The position numbers and the translations under genes are program-made. The notes under the pieces were generated by a model. The model was not told where the DNA came from and ran no database searches. It saw only the letters and a list, made by a program, of their open reading frames with translations. Positions 28,777-45,811 of a stretch of DNA of 64,000 nucleotides are shown here, in pieces; positions within the stretch are counted from its first letter, which is position 1, and each line of letters opens with the position of its first letter. The stretch is from Eledone cirrhosa (lineage: Eukaryota): assembly GCA_964016885.1 (NCBI GenBank), contig OZ024761.1:27218001-27282000 (forward strand), in the 5' to 3' direction.

Positions 28777-29300
28777 GAGATAGATAAAAAGATAGAACTA
28801 CATTTTCCATATATACGGATGTGTGAGCTCTGTATTTCTAGCTATCTCTCCCCTTCTCTAAGTTTAAGCCGTCGGGGTCCTGACTCTTTTCCTACTACTA
28901 CCCTAAGTATCGAATACTCTGGTGCGTTATGGTTCATCTGGTTCCTTACCACATTTTCCTTGTTATATATATATATATATATATATGATTTATAAGTGCC
29001 CACCTACATATATTCCTACGGACTATGTGTAGGCTTCTACATAACCTGGACATTATTTTCCCAATTTGTAGAAAACTTATAATGAAACGATCGTTTGGAA
29101 AGAGAGATGTATTTTAATTATGTCTCATATAAAATAATACAACTGGCTATCTGCAAAATACGTATAGTTAGCACCCCAAACGCATAATTGGGATTATACT
29201 AAGGTAGATCCTAATGTTTGTTGAGTGAGACGGAAGCCGGTCGGAGTATTGCTTAAAGCTTTCTCTGTTAATGTGTTATATATATATATATATATATATA

Positions 29301-29565
<265 letters not shown>

Positions 29566-29785
29566 ATATATATATAAGCAAATTAACAAAGAGTGGAGAA
29601 GACAACGAACGAAAATAAGGCCAGACGAAAAACATTTTGAAAGGGAAGCCTTAACAAATTTGGAATATAGAAATACAAAGGAAAGATACAAAACTGCAGA
29701 ACCATCAGCTGTTGAGATGGACTTTAGCAGTTTCGACCCCTATTAATGGTACTGCTGGTCCACCTAGGTTCACAGCGTCTGACAC

Positions 29786-29817
<32 letters not shown>

Positions 29818-29818
<1 letters not shown>

Positions 29819-30263
29819 GTAAAGTTCTATTTAAATTGTTGGGATACAACAAGCAAATATTTTTATAACTGATATAAAGCACTCAACAAATATTTGGAGT
29901 AAAAATACGATATTAACAAATGGAAACTATATTTATAAAACCATATTTATTTCATTATACATATTTCAAGGACACCAAGTTAAATTATGGTGTGCTTTCA
30001 TCAGATAAAATATAATATAGAGCAGTTTTATAAATAAATATTGACATACCCTTAAAGAATGCAACTATTATAGTTTCCGGATACTATCCGGGAGCTTCCA
30101 ACAGTAATAGTTGCATTCTTTAAGGGTATGTCAATATTTATTTATAAAACTGCTCTATATTATATTTTATCTGATGAAAGCACACCATAATTTAACTTGG
30201 TGTCCTTGAAATATGTATAATGAAATAAATATGGTTTTATAAATATAGTTTCCATTTGTTAAT

Positions 30264-30266
<3 letters not shown>
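29818..30266. mobile_element. Family A foldback (arms about 29909-30070 / 30106-30266) with two mirror hammerheads
   Basis: Plus 30163-30227: TATTTTAT CTGATGA AAG C ACACCA taatttaact TGGTGT C CTT GAAA TATGTATA ATGAAATA. Mirror at 29948-30012. Confidence 0.85.
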
Positions 30267-30340
<74 letters not shown>

Positions 30341-30341
<1 letters not shown>

Positions 30342-30768
30342 ATATTTAATTTGTTGGTTGTTTTGTTCAACAAATATATTTATAACAGATCCGAAGCACT
30401 CTACAGATTTCCTCTGGAGTATAATAACAATGATATTAATAAATGGAAACTATCTTTATAAAACCATATTTATTTTATTATATATATTTCAAGGGTACCA
30501 CCATTTTCGTACGCTCTCATCAGATAAAATACAAAAGTTGTTTTATAAGTATTGACATATCCCCCAAAACAAGAACTTATCGTTTTAAGTTCAGTTTGGA
30601 TACTTAAAACGAAAAGATCTTGTTTTTTGGATATGTCAATACTTATAAAAAAACCTTTCTATTTTATCTGATGAGGGCGTACCAAAATTTTGGTACCTTT
30701 GAAATATATGTAATAAAATAAATATATATAATAAAATAAAGATAGTTTCCATTTATTAATATCATTGA
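30341..30768. mobile_element. Family A' foldback (arms about 30428-30590 / 30602-30767) with two mirror hammerheads
   Basis: Plus 30660-30720: TATTTTAT CTGATGA GGGC GTACCA aaattt TGGTAC CTTT GAAA TATATG TA ATAAAATA. Mirror at 30471-30531. Confidence 0.85.
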
Positions 30769-30784
30769 TATATATATATATATA

Positions 30785-30834
<50 letters not shown>

Positions 30835-30840
<6 letters not shown>

Positions 30841-31040
30841 GAATAGGATTAAAGTTTAAGCAAAGAATCACTGCTTTCACCGGGATCTTTTGAAAGTTTC
30901 AGAAGATCTCTTAAAGGTGAAAACAGCCATTCTTTGCTTAATCTTTAATTTGCTCTTATAATAAATATTTGCTCTACGGGTTTATATATATATATATATA
31001 TAATCCTTATCGAGCCCTCTTCGGATTTTAGTCTTCCAAC
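30835..31040. mobile_element. Family C pLTR foldback centred at about 30896
   Basis: Homologous to 2052-2200. Centre GATCTTTTGAAA-G-TTTCAGAAGATC. Confidence 0.75.
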
Positions 31041-31051
31041 TTCTCATTCTT

Positions 31052-31087
31052 TCTTCTGATGAAGGACTAGCGTCCGAAACGTTACGA
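31052..31087 (+). ncRNA. Minimal hammerhead motif, family E (second copy 52079-52114, minus)
   Basis: TCTT CTGATGA A GGAC tagc GTCC GAAA CG TT ACGA. The other copy has intact stem I (TCTT/AAGA) but GAAG. Confidence 0.7.
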
Positions 31088-31242
31088 CCCTCTTTCTACT
31101 ATTTCAAGTGTTAACCTAATATATTCCTTCCATATCCGATTGCATTGATATTTCTGTTCACCTTTTAAATACATACATACATACATACATACATACATAC
31201 ATACATACATACATACATACATACATACATACATACATACAT

Positions 31243-31310
<68 letters not shown>

Positions 31311-31517
31311 ATACTTGGGGAGGGTCATATTTGTGTAATAATATTGCCAGAATTAATAACAGAACACACTCACTGTGTTTGGTTGGTTTTCGCTTCTGTG
31401 ACTTTTATATCGGTTAATTTAATTTATTCGGTCCTCAATGCTACCATCGACTGACCAACGGTCAAAAATACAGATATAATATAGACACAAACACATATAT
31501 ATAGTGTAACAAAGTTC

Positions 31518-31708
31518 TTTCGTTGCACATCTGCAACATCGTCAGTGGTGCTATTATGTTTCCTCCCGTTGTATTGTATGCCTACGCCATCTTTATTTAG
31601 TCTGTTTATTTCAGAAATAAACAGACTAAATAAAGATGGCGTAGGCATACAATGCAACGGGAGAAAACATAATGGCGCCACTGACGATGTTGCAGATGTG
31701 CAACGAAA
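31518..31708. repeat. 191-bp palindrome (95-bp arms, 1-nt spacer) with a hammerhead-like half at each end
   Basis: Centre TTATTTC-A-GAAATAA. Ends CTGACGA T GTTGCA gatg TGCAAC GAAA. Four transition mismatches between arms. Confidence 0.9.
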
Positions 31709-31736
31709 TTGCTGGCCTTGTGCCAAAAGTAGAAAC

Positions 31737-31796
<60 letters not shown>

Positions 31797-32243
31797 GGCC
31801 GGTTGACTTCAATGTAAAAATTGGTGAAATGTCGTATATCTCGAAATGGAACACAGCTTAGTTATTAGCAACTCACTATTCCAACCAATGAACCACTATA
31901 TTCTGACACCACCTACGTTCCTCAAGCAATGGTTTATGACTGACTACGTCATCGTACGGACACTTGAACACAAATATGTGCAACTAACGGCTAATCCGTC
32001 TATATCATATATATTTGTTTTAATGTGTTTGCCTAGAGTTGTTTTTGATTCGGTTAGCCAACATAATATTGAATTAATTTATATGGCTCTAAGCTATTCA
32101 TATAGTAAGCTCTTTCCTAAATTCTGCAAAAGAATATAACATTCTTCTATATACACACACACACACATATACACTCACGTATGTATGTATGTATGTATGT
32201 ATGTATGTATGTATGTATGTATGTATGTATGTATGTATGTATG

Positions 32244-32275
<32 letters not shown>

Positions 32276-32699
32276 CATGTATGTATATATACATACATAT
32301 ACACATGTATATAATGTAAATGTAGAAATATATATATCTATACATGTGTGAATATATAATTGAATAAACAAGAGAGATGAACACTAATATAAACATACAT
32401 GTGTTCGAATCGTAAGGACTAAAATATGTGAATATATATATATGTATCTCTCTCTCTCCCTTTCTCTCTTTATATATGTATATATATATATATTATGTGT
32501 GTGTGTGTGTACAATTAGATGAGTTACACGACAAATAAACCGTTCACTGTACAAGAGAATAGGCATTCATTTCCTACCATTTACATATGTTTCATTAATA
32601 TGTGAAGCTATTGTATTTAGAAAGCGTTAATCCCGATATTATATTGGTAAATATAGGATTCAATTATGGTAAATTTATCTCCACATAATATAAATAGGA

Positions 32700-33135
32700 T
32701 GCACTGAAATTCCCATACTCCCTTCCTTCAGGTGACACTCTCGTGGCATCCAACAACAACAGAGACTTGGGAGTAATTGTGGACAACAACATAAGCTGGG
32801 TCACTCAGATAAACAGTTAAGTTGACATATCCCGCAAAATGAGTTCCTGGATTCTCAGAACCTTCCAATCGAGAGATATCCATACTATTATCGTTCTCTT
32901 CTCCATTTTTGCCCGACCACACCTTCAATACTGTTGTCCACTGTGGTCTCCCCACACGAAACAAAGTATCATGAAAATTGAAGCTCCTTAAAGTTCAATC
33001 TCGAAAAAGTTAGATGGCATGTCAGGCCTTGACTATTAGGGTCGGCCAGAAAAACTCAAACTGTGTTTTGAGCGCTACATTATCTGCATGATTTGGATAA
33101 TATCCCACCAGCATTGCCCAAATGATGTTCCTCTT
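32700..33135 (+). mobile_element. CR1/L2-type LINE reverse transcriptase C-terminal relic
   Basis: RDLGVIVDNNISW...WILRTFQSRD...RPHLQYCCPLWSPHTKQSIMKIE...MSGLDY, with stops. Confidence 0.85.
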
Positions 33136-33807
33136 GTCACCCCAATTTTCTTCCCCTCCCCTTGACCTTCTCAATGTTCTGTATGAAATAAACCAGGATA
33201 AAAAAATGACCCTCAATAAAACTGAATTTTATTTATTTATTTATCAAAATTGTTGTTGATTTGGAGAAATCTAATCTAATCTAATCTGACCGAGTTTATA
33301 TTCACAAACAAGAAGAACGAGGGTCGCCCCTAGCAGCATTGGATTTGGTGTACTTCATATTTGTTTTGGTTGCTGAATACAATCAGGGGTCGCTGCTTCT
33401 GAAGGTCAATAGTTCTCTTCTAATTCGAGCGGAAGCGCCTTCCCATTGTCAATTTGCATTGATCATCTGCAAAGCGCATTGTTCTCAGAACCACTACACC
33501 AGTCTTTTGATGCGTGCAGCTGGAACTACTTCCACCCATTGATTTGGCAGGATCGCAACTCATTTCGACAGCTGAGTAAAAGAAATGCACCCCCCCCCCC
33601 CCACTGAAATCAGCGCCCAAAACGGCTGCTTAGTTTGCCTGTATGGTCGCCTTCGATATGTAAACAGAGGTATTTAATATTACTTAAAGCACAGAACAAC
33701 TAAGCATATGTATATGTCATTACTCGGATTGAATATCACCACGAACCTCTGAGTATCTACGAATACATATGCTCAGTTGCCATCTATTTTAAGTTATATA
33801 TATATAT

Positions 33808-34463
33808 ATAATCAAGGTTTAACAAATAAGAAAAAGTTTTAAAATAAATTTTACAAAGTTTACTGTACCTGCTGTAATTACCCTTACCGTAGTACGGTTT
33901 AAAGTCTCAAAATAAATGGATAGTCCATGCGGAAAATCTATTGAAAAGGAAGATTCTCGTCAGAGGGTTCTTTTCACTCGGAGAATATAAAATTCCTGAG
34001 TTCAAATCACGAACTGGCGCTATTCAAAATTGTCTTCGTGATGAGAGTGTATGATAAAGAAGCAATTCTGTCTAGTGCCGTGTGCAAAGATAGAAGGCAG
34101 AGGCGGAAAGGTCAATATACTACCACTAGAAATAGCAGCAGTTAAAATGACCAAAATGTTATCTCGACCAGGGGAGATTAATAATAATAAAGTATGTATC
34201 CCTACATGCAAAATACATATAGGGGCACATGTATTAACCAACCGTATGCCAATGTGGTTCTATGGCAGGTTAATAAATTAACGAGCCAGAACATACATAA
34301 TCAAGGTTTAGCAAATAAGAAAAATTTTAAAATAAATTTTAAAAAGTTTACTGTACCTGCTATAATTACCCTTACCGTACGGTTTCAAGTCTCAAAATAA
34401 ATGGATAGTCCATGCAGAAAATCCATTGAAAAGGAAGACCCTCGTCAGAGGGTTCTTTTCACT

Positions 34464-34467
<4 letters not shown>
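33808..34467 (-). mobile_element. Retrozyme-like or tandem-pLTR element: about 170-bp direct repeats (33808-33982, 34297-34467), each with a type I hammerhead, in (AT)n
   Basis: Direct repeats with a period of about 488 bp, no recognisable protein, (AT)n on both flanks. Confidence 0.75.
34368..34453 (-). ncRNA. Type I hammerhead ribozyme with long stem II (damaged twin at 33880-33968)
   Basis: Reverse complement: ACCCT CTGACGA GGGTCTT...AATGGAT...ATCCATT...GAGACTT GAAA CCG ta CGG TA AGGGT. Confidence 0.8.
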
Positions 34468-38309
<3,842 letters not shown>

Positions 38310-38310
38310 T

Positions 38311-38495
38311 AGGGCGGTGGGTTGGCAGTATCGGCAGAGAGTCGGACACCATGCTTTGAAGCATAGAGTTACGGTCTGAGTTCAAATCCCGCCGAGGTTA
38401 ACTTTGCCTTTCATCCTTACGACGGTCGATAAAATAAACGTACTGGGGTCGATTTAATCGACTTTTCTCTCCCTAAAATTGCTGGACTTGTGATT
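38311..38495 (+). mobile_element. SINE
   Basis: A and B boxes and central domain. Confidence 0.88.
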
Positions 38496-38786
38496 AACGG
38501 AATCTTCTCCCAATTTTCAACTTAGCGTTCCAAGAGAACGATAAGATTGATTCAGAAATTAAATCAGACAATTTCCAGGTTTCAGAATAGAATATTTGTT
38601 TTTCAAAGATACATATCATGAAATGTCAGCCGCTTTCCTGTAAGTGAGTGGATACATTCTCTGGTATTAAAAATAGAAACCTGCAAAGTACAAGACTATA
38701 AAGATAAATTACAAGGACTGTTTGGTAATTTCCTATCCAAACTTGATAACTTAACGAAACTGAAGCACTAGTTCTACTTTTCAGGT

Positions 38787-39233
38787 AAATCGTTGATGTG
38801 GTCAGTGATGGTTGTGTACACCTCAGGACTGGTGACGGAACCTCTGGGACACGAATGTAACTTGGGGGATTACGAAAGGACGTGGGTCTAAATCGTTGGT
38901 GTGGTCATTGGTGGTTGTGTACATCTCAAAACTGGTTAGGGAACCATCTGCGACACGAATGGAATTTGGGGAATTACGAAAGGACAAATGTGATCAATTG
39001 TGGTTACTCTTTTACTCGTTTAACTGTTCCAACCAGCCGACTGAGGCACCGCCCTTGAAAATAAAAATATTTTGAATTTTAGATAAAGAAGATTGAAACC
39101 CTAGCTGCAATCTATACATACATAAATCATGCATAGATACACAACTACTACCCTCACGGCCACACAAAACTGGTTAGGGAACCATCTGCGACACGAATGG
39201 AACTTGGGGGATTACGAAAGGACGTGAGTCTAA
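38787..39233. repeat. About 103-bp tandem duplication (38787-38985) plus partial third copy (39166-39233)
   Basis: Repeated ACTGGT..GGAACC..CTG.GACACGAATG.AA.TTGGGG.ATTACGAAAGGAC. Confidence 0.8.
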
Positions 39234-39511
39234 AGGTGATCTATAATCTGCAAACTATATTTCTGTTGTGAAAACAGAATCTAGAAATAAAATATCGTAA
39301 ATTGAAGAAGACTATTATTGAACAATTGTGTGACTCATCTCAATATTTTTTCGACGACACAACATACCGCTGTAGATAATTGTACTCAGTAATGAAGTTT
39401 GTTGAAGACGAAGAAACATCGAGCAATCATTATAAATAAACACCTGGTGGAGCTAACTCGTACAGCTATGACAACATATCAGTCAGATCTTCAATGACTC
39501 ACAGACATAAT

Positions 39512-39694
39512 TGTTTCTACTTTTGGCACAAGGCCAGCAAAATACCCAGTGCATTACTGGTACTTTATTTTATCGACCCCGTAAGGATGAAAGGCAAAGT
39601 GAACCTTGGCGGGATTTGAACTCAGACCGTAAAGGGACGTAACTATGCTGGAAAGCATGGCGTCCGACTCTTTACCGATACTGCCAATCCAGCG
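39512..39694 (-). mobile_element. Full-length SINE with 14-bp target-site duplication
   Basis: CTCACAGACATAAT at 39498-39511 and 39695-39708. Confidence 0.92.
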
Positions 39695-40574
39695 CTCACA
39701 GACATAATGGATACCCACGAGATCTCGAATAATTGTAACGTTTTCTGTTTGTCATAAAAACATCAGATGAAACTGTAATTTTGTAAGGTCGAATCTAATT
39801 AAAATATTTATTTTATTGATTTATTTTATTTTTAACATTTTATTCCGTGGTTTTTTTTCTTCTTTTTTTTTTCTTTTTTTACAAAATATTTACCAAATCG
39901 AATACATAGCATTAAGAATCTCTAAGTTTTTCCCTCTTTTGGTTTTGTTTTTCGCGGTCTAATTTTATGTTGCTGAAATTCAAATTCGCATATTTTTCTT
40001 AGATGTACCGGGGGTTCATTACCATAATAAATATACATCATAGAATTAAAACAATCGCCAGCCAAGATTTTGAGAACATTTGCTATACATATGTATAATG
40101 TGTGGTTACTAAGCTCTAAAAATCTACATACATGAATTCTATTGCATACATGTATTTCTTAATCGTTATATAAAACTTGTATGTAACAATAAAAACGTTG
40201 TGTAAATTCAGTTCGTCTCGTGTTTCTCAAATGTCTGAAGTATATTTTGTATGTGTGATATATGGCTGTTGTATTAAACAATAGGGGTCGTCACAGATAT
40301 ATATATATATATATATATATTTGTTACCTAACCTGAAAGTTTTTTCGTTGCTCTGGTGCTGTGGCCAGGCTTACCTGCCCAGTTTTCAATTTGTCCTGCT
40401 ATCTAACGTATGTTATTACTCTGAGCTCCAGCCTCATCGAGTGCTTGGCTGCATATTCCTAATTGTATATCGCTAGCTTGGCTACAGCCGAAACTTCGAT
40501 CTTACTAAACTTCCATTTGTATATATATATATATACAGATGTGAGAAAAACCACAGACCCTCCATCTCAACTCA

Positions 40575-40612
40575 CCTTTTGAAAAGCAGAAGAACTGCGA
40601 AACCGGTAAAGG
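40575..40612 (+). ncRNA. 38-nt minimal hammerhead, U3-A8 variant
   Basis: CCTT TTGAAAA GCAG aagaa CTGC GAAA CCGG TA AAGG. All stems pair perfectly; it lies in an island of about 90 bp between (AT)n. Confidence 0.7.
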
Positions 40613-40774
40613 AACCAAATAAATATATATATTTTTAAAACAAATAAGACTTCAGTTCCATTTTCGATTTCATCTCTTTTTCTCTATACTTCCACTCGTG
40701 TAGGACACCTCGGTTATTTTTCATTTTGTAAAAAAAACCCCCCAAAAAAACCTCACTTTCTAATATATATATAT

Positions 40775-40844
<70 letters not shown>

Positions 40845-41296
40845 TGAATACTTCACCTTCGAAAGAGGGTTGACTGAAGAAGAAGATTCTCAAGAGTGTT
40901 CCAGCCGTGACCATCTCTTCATTTTCGTATCTGAGGGCAACCCAAGGCGACATTATCCAGCAAGTCCTTTTTATAAGACGGTAAAGGTGTGAATGGAGGC
41001 AGAGTTTGCTGTTATTTCAAGCAGGTCAAGCAACCAAACAGGGACCCCCACCTCATTGGCTTCTACAGGCCCTGTAGTCGTATGCAATAGTTTTGTAATT
41101 TTCTCAAATACAAATTGGATTCGTTGGTTAATGAAGTAATTTATTTAACACACGAGTAAGTTCCTTTGATACTTTCATGAAACTTCCTATCTTTTTTCTT
41201 TGTTATTTTTCTCTCGCACCTTTTCTTGCCGCCAACTCAAAGACATCCAAAGTCTAAGTTATATATATATATATAGTAATAATAATAAATTTGTTA

Positions 41297-41330
<34 letters not shown>

Positions 41331-41739
41331 CTATGCTTTCATCTCTACTTAATGTTATGCTTTTGAACTTTGAACATCTCTGAAGTTCTTCAACCTATCA
41401 CCTCTTCAACCAAGATTCATATCATAGTGGCACTCCTGCTGTCAAAATTCTTCACAGCCGTTGCTCACATTGCTCCCAAATACATACATGCATGCTCTTA
41501 ACAAACCTTCTTCCTCACCGCTAAACCCTCCTTCTCCACGGCTGCAGGTTTTCAGCATAACTACATACAATCTTCAGGTGTGAAAAAAAAAAACGAAAAA
41601 ACAAAACAAAAAAAACCCCCACAAAAACTCAACATGCTGACATTCACATATATGTTCGTAAGAAGCGACTAAAAGGGGTTTGGTGTCGGACACTTGAACG
41701 TCTCTACCAAATCCTCGTCCATTTTATTATTTTATAACA

Positions 41740-42140
41740 ATGGTTTCTACTTTTGACACAAGGCCAGCCCTTACCCAGTGCATTACTGGTACTTTATTTT
41801 ATCGACCCCGTAAGGATGAAAGGCAAAGTCAACCTTGGATAAGGAATAATAATTGTTTCTACTTTAGGCACAAGGCCAGCAATTACTCAGTGCATTACTG
41901 GTACTTCATTTTATCGACCCCGTAAGGATGAAAGGCAAAGTTAACCTCGGCGGGATTTGAACTCAGAATGGAAAGGGCCGTAACTCTATGCGTCATAGCA
42001 TGGCTCCCGCCCCTCTACCGATACTGCCAATCCATCGTTTCTTATATAGGCACAAGGCCATCAATTTTGGGGAAGGGGAAAGTCGATTAATTCGACCCCA
42101 GTGCGTGACTGGTACTTTATTTTATCGACCTGGTAAGGAT
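41740..42140 (-). mobile_element. Three tandem SINE copies (two truncated)
   Basis: Repeated SINE consensus. Confidence 0.9.
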
Positions 42141-42363
42141 TATTTTTTAATAATGAACTTGTAAATTATTAGTTATGAAAGTTGTTTGTCATACATCTAT
42201 GACCAGGTCACTGACGTCTCTCTTTCATAGTAGCTGTGAAAATCAGTTTTTAACCAGTTCTTGTTGTGGATGTAGATGTCTTTGGATTTATCGATTTTTT
42301 TCTAGTTTTGTTGATCTTCATTGTCTCTCTTTATCTCTCAGTCTATCCATCCATCCATACATA

Positions 42364-42400
<37 letters not shown>

Positions 42401-42553
42401 ATACACACATATATGTATATATATATATATATATAAATATGTGTGTCTGTTTTTCTTCTATTCCGCTTTTTTCCTTTCTTTCCTTGTTGTTGATGTCTTG
42501 TTCGACCAGAGTGTATTATATGTATATATATATATATATATATAAAGTAAATA

Positions 42554-42593
<40 letters not shown>

Positions 42594-42635
42594 TTTTAAT
42601 ATATATATATATTTATATATATATTTATATATATA

Positions 42636-42726
<91 letters not shown>

Positions 42727-42749
42727 TTTTATATATATTTATATATATA

Positions 42750-42885
<136 letters not shown>

Positions 42886-43019
42886 TATTTTCTTTCATCT
42901 TAATATTGAAGTAACTCTTGTGATCTCTCACCAGACTACATTCTCTTTCTAACACCTACCCCAATCTCCAGCAATGTCTAGCAATGTTTAGCTGTGGTTT
43001 ATGGCATTATTCCAGAGCG

Positions 43020-44467
43020 GGTGGTGGTGGTGGTGCTACTGTTGTTAGTGGTGCTGGTGGTGCTGGTGCTAGTGCTGCTAGTGGTGCTGTTACTGGTGGT
43101 GCTGGTGATGCTGGTGGTGGTGGTGGTGGTGCTACTGTTGTTAGTGGTGCTAGTGGTGCTGTTACTGGTGGTGCTGGTGATGCTGGTGGTGGTGGTGGTG
43201 CTGGTGATAGTGCTGCTAGTGGTGCTGGTGATGTTAGTGGTGGTGGTGGTGGTGCTGTTACTGGTGGTGCTGGTGCTAGTGCTGCTAGTGGTGCTGTTAC
43301 TGGTGGTGCTGGTGATGCTGCTGGTGGTGGTGGTGGTGCTACTGTTGTTAGTGGTGCTACTGGTGTTAGTGGTGGTGGTGGTGGTGCTGTTACTGGTGGT
43401 GGTGGTGCTACTGTTGTTAGTGGTGCTACTGGTGTTAGTGGTGCTAGTGGTGTTAGTGGTGGTGGTGGTGGTGCTGTTACTGGTGGTGGTGGTGCTACTG
43501 TTGTTAGTGGTGCTGGTGGTGCTAGTGGTGCTGTTACTGGTGGTGCTGGTGGTGCTGGTGGTGCTGGTGGTGCTGATGATGGTTGTGATGGTGGTGATGG
43601 TGCTAATGGTGGTGGTGGTGGTGGTGCTAGTGGTGCTAGTGGTGATGGTGGTGATGGTGCTAGTGGTGCTGGTGGTGATGGTGGTGGTGGTGCTAGTGGT
43701 GATGGTGGTGATGGTGGTGGTGGTGCTAGTGCAGTTGTTACTGGTGGTGCTGGTGGTGCTAGTGGTGCTGATGATGGTGGTGATGGTGCTGGTGGTGCTG
43801 GTGCTAGTGGTGATGGTGGTGCTGGTGGTGCTGGTGCTAGTGGTGATGGTGCCAATGGCGCTGGTGGTGATGGTGGTGGTGCTGGTGGTGCTAGTGATGG
43901 TGCTGGTGGTGCTGGTGATGGTGGTGCTGGTGATGCTGGTGATGGTGGCGATTGTGCTAATGGTGCTGGTGGTGATGGTGCTGGTGGTGCTAGTGGTGCT
44001 GGTGGTGATGGTGGTGATGGTGCTGGTGGTGGTGGTGATGGTGCCAATGGTGGTGGTGGTGGTGGTGATGGTGGTGCTGGTGGTGATGCTGGTGGTGCTG
44101 GTTGTGGTAGACCAGGCAGGTTTTTTTTTTGACCACACTTATTTTCTTTTCACTCTATTATTTTTGCAACCACCACCACCACCACCACCACCACCACCAC
44201 CACCACCACCACCACCACCACCACCACCACCACCACCACCACCACCATCACCATCATTACCCTCATCATCATCACTATCATCACCATCACCACCACCACC
44301 ACCACCACCACCATCACCACCACCATCATCATTACCATCATCATCATCATCCCATCACCATCATCATCATCACCATCACCATCATCACCATCACCACCAT
44401 CATCATCATCACCATCATTACCATCATCACCATCATCATCATCATTATTATTATTATTATTATTATT
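43020..44467. repeat. Cryptic trinucleotide array (GGT/GCT/GAT/AGT, 43020-44105) followed by a CCA to CAT to TAT array (44170-44467)
   Basis: Triplet periodicity; several frames on both strands are open at once. Confidence 0.9.
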
Positions 44468-44710
44468 TTTATTTATATATTAATCTCATTTTTGTTTAGT
44501 GTATGTTATTGAGAGTTCTTTCATTTATTGTTTTATGGAAATTCTGTTTGTTTGGTCGCCTTGGTGTCCACCGATTTGTTTTTTTCTTCTAAATTTAAAT
44601 TTAAAAATAAAAAAAAAGATGTCTTTAGTAGCTTCATGGTCCTTTGATGGCGGAATTTACCGTCTACTGTTTCTTTACAACATTCTTATTATATAAATCA
44701 TATCTTAATT

Positions 44711-44741
<31 letters not shown>

Positions 44742-44963
44742 GTATACATGTATATTTATATATACAATATATATACATATATATATATACATACATATAT
44801 GTATATATATACGTATATATATATGTACATATGTATGTATGTATACATGTATATTTATATATACAATATATATACATATACATATATATATATACATACA
44901 TATATGTATATATATACGTATATATATATGTACATATGTATATATATATATATATATGTACAC

Positions 44964-45025
<62 letters not shown>

Positions 45026-45324
45026 ATATATGGATGGGTATATACGTATGCTTTCTTAAATATTCATAGCAATATATAATCTAATTTTATATAATCTACT
45101 TCTACACATTGAAGATATATTTGATAAAATTTCTCTCTCTCTCTATATATATATGTTCAATAAAGTTCCTATAGTAAAATAAAGATGTTTTAAGGTTATC
45201 AAGATTCTATAAATATATATATATATATGTATATATTTACCCGGTATTTGTTTATATAGCTTATTTCTAATTTATATTTCTATTGTGTATAAAAGTGACG
45301 AAGATGTGTAGATTATGTTTAATA

Positions 45325-45510
45325 ATAATTGTTTCTACTTTTGGCACAAGGCCAGCAATTTCCAAGTGTATTACTGGTACTTTATTTTATCGACCCCGTA
45401 AGGATGAAAGGCAAAGTTAACCTCGGCGGGATTTGAACTCAGAATGGCAAGGGCCGTAACTCTATGCGTCAAAGCATGGCGTCCGACCCTCTACCGATAC
45501 TGCCAATTCA
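45325..45510 (-). mobile_element. SINE
   Basis: SINE consensus with (AAT)n tail. Confidence 0.9.
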
Positions 45511-45779
45511 CAATAATAATATATGTTAAAATGATACGGAAGTCTGTGTATTAACAGACCCTTTAGAACATCGGATGGGATATTTTGCGATATTGGTTTT
45601 CCACTCTCTGCATTCTACGGTATCACAAGTATATTGCCACCCTAATGCACGAAACTGCACTGCCAAAACAATAGCTGATGAGGTGAAGTCGCATTTGTCT
45701 GTTCATGTTATGTAACTGTATGCATTTTCTGCCGATACCGTATTTATATGTATCCACACCAAAACGCACCTATTTAGTT

Positions 45780-45811
<32 letters not shown>

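Noticed and set aside
42984-44499. Gly/Ala-rich, Thr/Ser mucin-like, Val/Leu or Pro-rich ORFs of 350-500 aa
   Set aside because: Four overlapping frames are open on a triplet repeat. There is no signal peptide, domain, third-position variation or splice evidence.
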